Source: a bacterium
GTDB lineage: Bacteria > Planctomycetota > UBA1135 > UBA2386
Direction of reading: 5' to 3'
NCBI GenBank assembly: GCA_024743115.1
Contig: JANSXC010000001.1
Location: 117,628-181,627, forward strand
DNA: 64,000 nucleotides
Position numbers and translations under genes: made by a program. Shown here piece by piece: positions 45,502 through 53,202 of the stretch. The first letter of the stretch is position 1. Every line of letters begins with the position of its first letter. The notes beneath the pieces were generated by a model. It ran no database searches and was not told the DNA's origin. It saw nothing but the letters and a program-made list of their open reading frames with translations.

Positions 45502-48500
45502 GTGACCGATCGCCCGGACCATGCTCGCCTGCGTGAGGTCTTCCTCGGGGCCTGCGATCTGCCCGCGGCGGAACGGGCGGAGTATCTGGCGACGGCGTGT
45601 GGTGACGATCAGGCGCTGCGGGACGCGGTCGAGCGGCTGCTCGCGCAGGATCGTGACGGTGACGAAGGGTTTGCGGGGTCGAACGCGCCCGATCAGCCGG
45701 AGCAGCCCGAGCGCATCGGACCGTTTCGGGTCCTCGGGCTGATCGGCGAAGGCGGTATGGGGCGCGTCTACCTCGCGGAGCAGGACAAGCCGCGTCGTCG
45801 CGTCGCGGTGAAGGTCCTCCGTGCGGGGCTGGCGTCCGCGGCCAATCGGCGGCGATTCGAACACGAGGCCGAGGTGCTCGGCCGACTGCAGCATCGCGGC
45901 ATTGCGCAGGTGATCGAGTTCGGCATGGCCGCGGGGCTCGGTGAGCCGATTCCGTTCCTCGCCATGGAGTTCGTCGATGGTGTGCCGTTTCGCGAAGCGG
46001 TGATCGGGATGGCGATCGAGGAACGGATCACGCTGTTCCTCGCGGTCTGCGACGCGGTCGAGCACGCGCATCGCCACGGTGTCATCCATCGCGATCTCAA
46101 GCCGGAGAACGTGCTCGTCGTCGACGGCCAGCCCAAGGTGCTCGACTTCGGGATCGCGCGCGTTCACGGCGAGGCCAGTCGCGAGCAGATGACGATGACG
46201 GGGCAGATCGTCGGCACGCTGGCCTACATGTCGCCCGAGCAGGTGCGCGGCGAGGTCGATCTCGATACCCGCAGCGATGTCTACGCGCTCGGTGTCCTGC
46301 TCTACGAATTGCTCGCGGGGCGGCTGCCGCTCGAGACCGATCGGCACTCGTTCGTCGAAGCACTGCGTATCGTCCAGGACGTGGCGCCGCGCACCCTCGG
46401 CGCCATTGCGCCGGAGTGTCGGGGTGATCTCGAGGTCCTCGTCGGCAAGTGTCTCGAGAAAGACCCCGAGCGCCGTTACGCGGGAGTCGGAGCGCTCGCT
46501 GCCGATGCTCGGCGCTTCCTCGCCAAAGAACCGATCGAGGCGCGTTCGCCGACGACCTGGTATCAGCTGCGCAAGTTTGCAGCGCGGCATCGCGTATCCG
46601 TTGCGGCTGGAGTGGTCGTGACTCTTGCGCTCGTCGTCGGCTTCGTTGCGACGCTGGTCTACGCCAATCGCGCGGAGCGATTGCGCATCGAGGGACTGCA
46701 CGACACGTATCGTGCCACGATTGCGGCGGCGTACGCGGCAATCGCATCGGATCCCCATCGCGCGAAGCGTTCGGCCGAGGCGGCGCCCGAGTCGCTGCGG
46801 GGATTCGAGTGGCGGCTGCTCGCTGCGGCACTCGACCGCAGCTGCGTGGCGACGGGTGACGCGTTCGTGGTTCGCCGGTCCGGCGTGGCTGGTGACCGAG
46901 TAATGGCCGCGGTCGTGGCCGGTGGCGAGGTGGTCCTCCACGACGTGAGCGCTGGCGAAGTGATCGCGCGGGTGCCGACGGGTCTCCCCGACGCTGCCGA
47001 GCCACGACTGTCCGCGAACGGTCGCAGGGTGCTCGTCGGTGCACCGGCGTTGCCGGGGTTGCGGTTGCTCGCGACGGACGGTGCGGTCGTTCGCGACTTC
47101 TTCGCCGCCGAACCGACCGCGGCTCAGGCACTCCTGAGTCCCGATGGTGCAACTTTGCTCTCCTGCCACCCTGGCCGTGCCATCGAACTGCTGCCCGCGG
47201 GCGCGGGGACTGCGCGCACGCTCCCGACTGCGATGATCGCGGGCTGGTCGGCGGATGGCACGCGTGTACTCCGTGGTCGTGCGGCGTCGCTCCACCTGCA
47301 CGATGCCGTAACGGGTCGCCTAATGCGGGAGCTGCGCCACAACGGGCTCGGTCCCTCGGCGGGTCCGATGTTCGCGGAGGATGCCGGCGAGTTCGTCATC
47401 GGCAGTCTGCGACTGCTCGAACTACGGGACGCGGATTCCCTCGAACTCATCGAGCGGGTTCCCGTCGACCGCCACCTGCTGGCGGCCGTCGCGTGTGATC
47501 GGTCGGCGCGGCGGCTCGCGGCATCGTCCAAGGAGCCGGAGCTCGGTACGACTCGCCTGTTCGATCGGGAGCAACGCCATCAGTCCGCCGTACACGGTGG
47601 CGGCGCCATGCGATCGCTCGCATTCGACGAGAGCACGGGGCTCTGGTTCGGCGCCAATGGTGCCGGTGTGCGGCCGTTCTCACCGACGGTCGGTCGCGGA
47701 AGGGTCCTAGGCGGCGATCGCACGCATGACAGCTTCGTCTACAAGGCGAGCTTCTCGGCGGCTGGTCGGCGGATCGTGACCTCGGGGTGGGACGGGAAGG
47801 CGCGGGTTTTCGACGCGTGGGACGGGCGGTTGCTGGCGACGATCGCGAGCTTCGACTGGGCGTCCGGTATCGCGTTCCTCGACGAGGACACGGTTGCGAT
47901 CCTGCATCCGACGCGTGAATCCGTCAGGCGCTGTTCATTGACGACCGGTGAATCGTCCGTGGCGCAGGTGGCCGAGCGGTGGGCGGAGATCGCACCGATC
48001 GGCGCGCGCACCGTACCGTTCGAATGGCATGCCGGCCTCGCGGCGGTGGTGTTCGAACGCGGGGTAGAACTGACGGCTGTGAAGCAAGGGATTCACCGGG
48101 TCGGCCCGGACGGCGAACATCGCCCGTTCCTCGAGGTCGACAGCGGCGTCGTGGCACTGGCCTGGCGGCCGGAGCGGCGAGCACTCGTGTTCGCGACCGA
48201 AAACGGTCGGCTGCAGCACTGGCGCGTGCCCGTCGGGGACGGTGATCCGACCTGCGTGCTGCGGCGAACCGGGCTCACGGGCCTGGCCTATGCGCTCGAT
48301 ATCTCACCCGATGGCAGCCGAGTCGCGATCGGCCTCGATACCGGCACGATCGAACTATGGGATTTGCCCGCGGGTCGTCAACTCGTCGAACTGACGGGGC
48401 ACGACAACTACGTGCACGACGTCGAGTTCTCCCCCGATGGCACACAGCTGGTTTCCGCGTCGGGCGACGGCACGGTGCGCATCTGGGATACCAAGCCACT

Positions 48501-48534
48501 CGCGCAGCGCATGCGCGACGCCTGGGATTGGTAG
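45502..48534 (+). CDS. Ser/Thr protein kinase with TM helix and C-terminal WD40 beta-propeller - kinase E
   Basis: Track ORF 45205-48534, started at the GTG at 45502 (VTDRPDHARLREVFLGACDLPAAERAEYLATACGDDQALRDAVERLL). Kinase motifs: GEGGMGRVYLAEQ, VAVKVL, HRDLKPENVLV, DFGIARV, GTLAYMSPEQ. TM helix: VSVAAGVVVTLALVVGFVATLVYA. Classical WD40 repeat: LTGHDNYVHDVEFSPDGTQLVSASGDGTVRIWD. Confidence 0.85.
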   Translation: MTDRPDHARLREVFLGACDLPAAERAEYLATACGDDQALRDAVERLLAQDRDGDEGFAGSNAPDQPEQPERIGPFRVLGLIGEGGMGRVYLAEQDKPRRRVAVKVLRAGLASAANRRRFEHEAEVLGRLQHRGIAQVIEFGMAAGLGEPIPFLAMEFVDGVPFREAVIGMAIEERITLFLAVCDAVEHAHRHGVIHRDLKPENVLVVDGQPKVLDFGIARVHGEASREQMTMTGQIVGTLAYMSPEQVRGEVDLDTRSDVYALGVLLYELLAGRLPLETDRHSFVEALRIVQDVAPRTLGAIAPECRGDLEVLVGKCLEKDPERRYAGVGALAADARRFLAKEPIEARSPTTWYQLRKFAARHRVSVAAGVVVTLALVVGFVATLVYANRAERLRIEGLHDTYRATIAAAYAAIASDPHRAKRSAEAAPESLRGFEWRLLAAALDRSCVATGDAFVVRRSGVAGDRVMAAVVAGGEVVLHDVSAGEVIARVPTGLPDAAEPRLSANGRRVLVGAPALPGLRLLATDGAVVRDFFAAEPTAAQALLSPDGATLLSCHPGRAIELLPAGAGTARTLPTAMIAGWSADGTRVLRGRAASLHLHDAVTGRLMRELRHNGLGPSAGPMFAEDAGEFVIGSLRLLELRDADSLELIERVPVDRHLLAAVACDRSARRLAASSKEPELGTTRLFDREQRHQSAVHGGGAMRSLAFDESTGLWFGANGAGVRPFSPTVGRGRVLGGDRTHDSFVYKASFSAAGRRIVTSGWDGKARVFDAWDGRLLATIASFDWASGIAFLDEDTVAILHPTRESVRRCSLTTGESSVAQVAERWAEIAPIGARTVPFEWHAGLAAVVFERGVELTAVKQGIHRVGPDGEHRPFLEVDSGVVALAWRPERRALVFATENGRLQHWRVPVGDGDPTCVLRRTGLTGLAYALDISPDGSRVAIGLDTGTIELWDLPAGRQLVELTGHDNYVHDVEFSPDGTQLVSASGDGTVRIWDTKPLAQRMRDAWDW

Positions 48535-48556
48535 CCCGGTGAGCGGTTGGGAGATG

Positions 48557-49081
48557 CTACGCGTCGCGCTCTGCGAGCTCGGCGCGCAGCCAGGCCTTGG
48601 CCATCCGCCAGTCGTTCTTCACGGTGCGCTCGCTGACCGCGAGTTCGGTGGCGATCTCGGCGATGCCGAGCCCGCCGAAGAAGCGCAGTTCGACGACGCG
48701 CGCCTGCCGCGGATCCAGCTTCGCGAGCTCGTCCATGGCATCGGAGAGCGCGATCACGTCGAGCTCGTCGAAGTCCGGGGGCTCGGCACCGGCCGGCGCC
48801 GCCGATAACGTTACGTGCGCGGCGCCTCCGCCGCGCTTGTCGGCGTGTGCCCGGCGCGCGTGATCGAGCAGCACGTTCCGCATCGCGTTGGCCGAGATCG
48901 CGAAGAAGTGAGTCTGCGATCGCCAATCGAGTTCGGGGTTGTGTTGTAGCCGCAGCCACGCCTCGTTGACGATTGCGGTCGGCTGCAGCGTGTGGCCCGG
49001 CTTCTGCTTCAAGTAGCGCGCGGCGAGCGCGCGCAGTTCGCGGTAGAGCGCGGGCAGCGGATCGTGATCTGGTGGGGGCAT
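48557..49081 (-). CDS. ECF sigma factor, TIGR02999 / ECF43-like - sigma E
   Basis: Track ORF 48557-49399, started at the internal ATG at 49081 (MPPPDHDPLPALYRELRALAARYLKQKPGHTLQPTAIVNEAWLRL). Region 4: RVVELRFFGGLGIAEIATELAVSERTVKNDWRMAKAWLRAEL. It is convergent with kinase E, with 22 nt between the stops. Confidence 0.85.
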   Translation of the reverse strand: MPPPDHDPLPALYRELRALAARYLKQKPGHTLQPTAIVNEAWLRLQHNPELDWRSQTHFFAISANAMRNVLLDHARRAHADKRGGGAAHVTLSAAPAGAEPPDFDELDVIALSDAMDELAKLDPRQARVVELRFFGGLGIAEIATELAVSERTVKNDWRMAKAWLRAELAERDA

Positions 49082-49128
49082 CGTTCCCGGTCCGCGATGT
49101 GGTCGATCGGTTGCTCCTGCAGCAGAGC

Positions 49129-49725
49129 TCAGCCCTGCCGCCCTTCGATCGCGGCGAGCAGAACCGCCGTCGCGAACACGAGTCGCCGGTCGATCGGGTT
49201 GCTCTGGTCGATCGCGACCTCGAGGCGATAGACGAACGGGTTGAAGCGCTGTTTGAACTTTACCACGTGGCGGTCGCCGGCTTTGAGCTGGAACGACTGC
49301 GGTACGAGGTCGGAGACGAATCGACGGATGAGCGCGAGGCCGGCGCTGTCCTCCTCGAGCTGCGCGGTCGGCTGGTCGCCGGCGGGCAGGATCTCCCACG
49401 AGTCACGGAGCAGCGAGCGGAAGCCCTTGCGACGGGCGGTACCGATCACGCTGTTGCTGCGCGGGTCGACGATGTCGTAGGCGGCCGAGAAGTCGAGGAT
49501 CTGGCGCGCGTTGATGTGGATCAGCGGTTCCTGTTTGGACTCGTCCGTGTAGATCCGGATGTCCTCGCGCAGCTTGAACGCCTTCTGCGCGCAGAAGCCG
49601 ACGATGCGGTCGCCGTCGTACACGTGGAAGCTCGCGCCGAGAAACTTGAAAACCTTGCGGCGGATCACGTAGCGGTCGAGTTCGAACAGTTCGGTCATGC
49701 GCGGCAGCCTCTCTATCAGCGCCAT
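49129..49725 (-). CDS. LURP-one-related / scramblase-like (YxjI-like, tubby C-terminal-like fold) protein
   Basis: Track ORF 49129-49839, started at the ATG at 49725 (MALIERLPRMTELFELDRYVIRRKVFKFLGASFHVYDGDRIVGF...). The pattern Y.I.rKvf...G..f.v.D, followed by repeated beta-hairpin-like segments and a C-terminal hydrophobic helix (LVFATAVLLAAIE), resembles the LOR/YxjI family. The assignment is by eye only. Confidence 0.55.
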   Translation of the reverse strand: MALIERLPRMTELFELDRYVIRRKVFKFLGASFHVYDGDRIVGFCAQKAFKLREDIRIYTDESKQEPLIHINARQILDFSAAYDIVDPRSNSVIGTARRKGFRSLLRDSWEILPAGDQPTAQLEEDSAGLALIRRFVSDLVPQSFQLKAGDRHVVKFKQRFNPFVYRLEVAIDQSNPIDRRLVFATAVLLAAIEGRQG

Positions 49726-49729
49726 CCTA

Positions 49730-50908
49730 TCAGCCAGCGTGGCGCTCGCCGCAGCCGAAGCAATGGGTCGTCGGGAGAGACTCACCGGTGCCCGGCGCGA
49801 GCAGATGGCGCGGCAGCCGTAGAACGTCACCACACTCACGGCAGTTTCGCAGCGTCGCGCAGGTCGTGCCGCAGCTGGGGCAGAAGCGGGCCTCGGGGCC
49901 GCAGGCGTGGCCGCATGCGATGCAGTGTGCGGTAGTCGATGCGGTCGCAGACGTGGGCACCGGGGCAGGCGTCCGGGCGGCGCGTCTTTCGGCCGCGAGC
50001 GCAGCGGCGGCTTCGTCGAGCGCCACGCAGGCCTGGGGCAAGCGGGTTGCCAGCGGTCCCGCGTAGGATTCCGCGAGCGAGCGCGATTCGCGGCGTTCTC
50101 GGCGGTGTTCTTGGGACCGCATGCGATCGTGATGCTCCACCGCGAGTTCGTGGTTGCAGAGCAGTCCCTCGAGCGCCGTGAGTCGTTGCGAGACCCAGTC
50201 GCGCAGCGTCTCGTGTTCGACCGCGTCCTCGGTCGCGAGCAGCGAACGCGTGCTCGTGATCGCGTGACGCGCGTTCGTGCTCGGTGCGTGCAGCTCGGTG
50301 ATTGCCTGGGTGAGTTGCCCTTCGAGTGTGTTGCGGCGGCGATCGTGCGCGCGCACGAGGCCGGGGTAGGTCAAGGTCAGGAAAGCGATCGTTGCGCAAG
50401 TCATCCCGAGGTAGCAGAACGGCCGCCAGCCGTCGCCGTAGACCGCGACGACGACGATCGCAGTCGTGAACGCGGCGAGCGGAGCGGCCGCCGTCCAGGC
50501 GAAGCGATGATCCACGATCGTAGCGACGTGTAGACCGGTCAGCGGATACGAGACCGCGGCCGCGATACCGACCGCGAGCCACGCACTGACATCGTGAGAA
50601 CGCAGCACGGCGAACGCGGCGAAGAAGAGCGAGTACGTCAGCGCGAGCAGCAGGAACTGGCCGAGCCGAAAGCGATCGAGTCGACCGGGAGACCGCAGCT
50701 CGACGAGGTACCAGAAGCCGGCGCCGAACAGGAGGACTGCGAGACCGGTGAGCTTGACGAACACCTCGGTGTCGGACGCTGGTACGGGCAGTTCGGGATC
50801 TCGGCGCGGTGCGCTCGGCAACGCGAGCGTCGTGCAGAACGCGATCACCGACAGCAAGAGCACGACGACCATGAGCTCGATGACCGTGAATCCGCGCTGA
50901 GTTCGCAT
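49730..50908 (-). CDS. Membrane protein with prepilin-type N-terminal motif, ~5 further TM helices and a C-terminal double zinc ribbon
   Basis: 392-aa ORF with an ATG start. The N-terminus MRTQRGFTVIELMVVVLLLSVIAF matches the type IV pilin / pseudopilin cleavage-methylation motif (G-F-T-x-I-E-L). Hydrophobic helices include LTGLAVLLFGAGFWYLV, FLLLALTYSLFFAAFAVL and AAFTTAIVVVAVYG. The C-terminus carries two Cys4 ribbons: CIACGHACGPEARFCPSCG and CRECG...CFGCG. Confidence 0.65.
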   Translation of the reverse strand: MRTQRGFTVIELMVVVLLLSVIAFCTTLALPSAPRRDPELPVPASDTEVFVKLTGLAVLLFGAGFWYLVELRSPGRLDRFRLGQFLLLALTYSLFFAAFAVLRSHDVSAWLAVGIAAAVSYPLTGLHVATIVDHRFAWTAAAPLAAFTTAIVVVAVYGDGWRPFCYLGMTCATIAFLTLTYPGLVRAHDRRRNTLEGQLTQAITELHAPSTNARHAITSTRSLLATEDAVEHETLRDWVSQRLTALEGLLCNHELAVEHHDRMRSQEHRRERRESRSLAESYAGPLATRLPQACVALDEAAAALAAERRAARTPAPVPTSATASTTAHCIACGHACGPEARFCPSCGTTCATLRNCRECGDVLRLPRHLLAPGTGESLPTTHCFGCGERHAG

Positions 50909-51040
50909 GCCTGGTCCGACGCCTGGGCTGCACCGACTATTCCCCGGGGCGTACAGGTCGGGCGCGGCAGTGCCCGGTCACCATGTGGCCGATACCATGT
51001 GACCGGCCGTTCGGGCGCTACTATCCGAACGAAGGAAACC

Positions 51041-53191
51041 ATGGCCACGTCATCCGAGCTCCTTTCCACGTCCTGGTTGCTGTTGCTGCGGTCCTCCTGT
51101 TTCGCGGCGGCGGTGTCAGTGACGGTGATCGCCCAGGACTTCCGCACGCTCGAGGTGGTCGGCTACCAGTCCGCGGCCTACGACCATCTGCGCGATCGAC
51201 TCACGGTGCTCGGGCCGAAGAACGCGACGTTCGACTACGACGGCACTGCGCGCCTGCGCGGGCCACGGCTGGACGCGGTGGTGCCGGTAGACCTCGTATT
51301 CGAAGAACACACCGGCAGCATGCTGGGGGTGCTGCGGGCGTTCTCGGGCCGGTTGCTGGCCGTGCGCCGCGACGGCCTCGAATGGCGCTACCTGGCGCCG
51401 CCCACGACGCCACCGGCACGCAACCTGTTCAGCCTGGCCTACGATTCGGCGCGTGCTGAGACGGTACTGTTCGGCGGGTTCAACCCGACGAGCAACGGCC
51501 TCGACGAGACCTGGGTGTTCGATGGCGTGGACTGGACGCAGCGCTCACCCGCAGTGAGTCCGCCCGGTCGACGAGGCGCTGCGATGGCTTTCGACTCCAC
51601 GCGTGGGGTCGTTGTGCTGTTCGGTGGCTACGGGACCTCGGCGTTCGGTGACACTTGGGAGTGGAACGGCACGACCTGGACGCAGGTGCAACCTATTGCG
51701 AGTCCGGCCGGGCGACAGGGCGCGGCGATGGCTTACGACCCGATCCGCGATCGCTGCGTGCTCTATGGCGGGAACAACGGTGCCGGGTTCTGGTATCCAC
51801 AAACCTGGGAATACGACGCCCAGACCTGGGTGCTGCGGACGAACACACCGACCGGCCCCGCGTTTCGCGAGCAGTCCGCGTTCGTCTGGAATCCGCGCGT
51901 GGGTCGTTGCGAGCTCGTCGGTGGCAAGCGCGCCGGCAACGTGTTGTTCGATCGCTGGCAGTGGGACGGCACGGTCTGGCACAACTCGAGCCTGGCCATG
52001 CAGCCGAGCGACGCGCGGTTCATGGCCGCGTTTCCCGGCGGTGACGGCGTGTTCGCATTCACAGCCGCGGACGGGGTCTCGGCGGAGGCGACGTGGCGGT
52101 TCGACAGAAGCGGGTGGCAGCAGCTCGCCGTCGCGACGCCGTCGATCACTGCCGTGCACGAACCCGTGGTGTGCAGCAGCCCGGGTGCGGTCTACCTCCT
52201 CGAGGCCACCGATCCGATGACGCTGCACGAGTTCGACGGCTCCAACTGGCGCGTGGCGTCGAGCACGGGGCCGGCGCGACGGGCCAACGTCGCGATGACC
52301 TACGATTGGGCCAACGGCGAGGTGGTGGTGTTCGGTGGGGGCGACGGCACGCAGGTCTTCGGCGAGACCTGGACGTTCGATGGCGTGAGCTGGACGCAGC
52401 AAGCGCCCGCGAATCAGCCGCCGGCGCGAGAGCTCGGCGCGATGACGTACGATCCGCAGCTCGGGCGCGTCGTCCTCGCCGGTGGATGGAGCCAGATCGC
52501 CTGGCTAAACGACACTTGGCAATGGAGTGGCACGGACTGGACCGCGTTTCCCGCCATGCCGTCGCCGCCCTCGGACAGCGTGCTGCTGATGGAATACGAC
52601 TCGACCCGATCGCGCATCGTGGCCGTGACGACCAGTCGGCTCGGTGGCACGTTGCAGGTCAGTACGCTCGAGCCGAGTGGCTGGACGTCGGTCGGCACGG
52701 GGGTGAATCTGGGGCCGAACCTGTTCCGCGTTCGGTCCCTGATCGGACTGCCCTATGCGCGGGGGGTGCTGGCGATCGACGATCGCGGCGTGCACTCGTT
52801 GAGCGCGCAGGTCGGCACGGCCACCGACTACGGCCAGGCTTGCACCGTCACCGCACCGCTGCTCACTGCGCGGGAGTGGCCTCGGCTCGGCAGTCCGGAC
52901 TTCGGCATCGACGTGACCGGCGCACCCGCGAGCGGAATCGTCGCCATGCTGGGCGCCGATCGGCAGGGACCGGGCGGCACGGTGGGCAACTGTCCGCTGC
53001 TCGTGCAATCAGGGCAGGCCGCGTTGCTGGTGCAGTCGAACGCTCTCGGCTTCGCGACGGTGCCCTTGCCGTTGCCCGAGATCCTCGGCTTCGTCGGGCT
53101 CGACCTCTACTTCCAGGCGGCTGTGCTTGACGTGTCGGCGCCGAGTGGGTTCACGACGACCCGCGGACTGCAGGTCACGCTGGGCCACTGA
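51041..53191 (+). CDS. Secreted Kelch-repeat beta-propeller protein carrying the shared C-terminal module (Kelch 2)
   Basis: Track ORF 50594-53191, started at the ATG at 51041, preceded by GAAGGAAACC (MATSSELLSTSWLLLLRSSCFAAAVSVTVIAQ). Kelch-type repeats are of the form ...P.gR.gaamayD..R...vLyGG......DTWEW(N/D)G..W. The last ~121 aa (nt ~52826-53191) are the shared module. Confidence 0.85.
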   Translation: MATSSELLSTSWLLLLRSSCFAAAVSVTVIAQDFRTLEVVGYQSAAYDHLRDRLTVLGPKNATFDYDGTARLRGPRLDAVVPVDLVFEEHTGSMLGVLRAFSGRLLAVRRDGLEWRYLAPPTTPPARNLFSLAYDSARAETVLFGGFNPTSNGLDETWVFDGVDWTQRSPAVSPPGRRGAAMAFDSTRGVVVLFGGYGTSAFGDTWEWNGTTWTQVQPIASPAGRQGAAMAYDPIRDRCVLYGGNNGAGFWYPQTWEYDAQTWVLRTNTPTGPAFREQSAFVWNPRVGRCELVGGKRAGNVLFDRWQWDGTVWHNSSLAMQPSDARFMAAFPGGDGVFAFTAADGVSAEATWRFDRSGWQQLAVATPSITAVHEPVVCSSPGAVYLLEATDPMTLHEFDGSNWRVASSTGPARRANVAMTYDWANGEVVVFGGGDGTQVFGETWTFDGVSWTQQAPANQPPARELGAMTYDPQLGRVVLAGGWSQIAWLNDTWQWSGTDWTAFPAMPSPPSDSVLLMEYDSTRSRIVAVTTSRLGGTLQVSTLEPSGWTSVGTGVNLGPNLFRVRSLIGLPYARGVLAIDDRGVHSLSAQVGTATDYGQACTVTAPLLTAREWPRLGSPDFGIDVTGAPASGIVAMLGADRQGPGGTVGNCPLLVQSGQAALLVQSNALGFATVPLPLPEILGFVGLDLYFQAAVLDVSAPSGFTTTRGLQVTLGH

Positions 53192-53202
53192 AAGCGGCCG
53201 GC

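Noticed and set aside
45427-47301. Upstream 625 codons of the 1127-aa track ORF 43918-47301
   Set aside because: This stretch is antisense to kinase E and Arg/Glu-rich. A signal peptide with an ATG at 45426 defines the real 502-aa gene.
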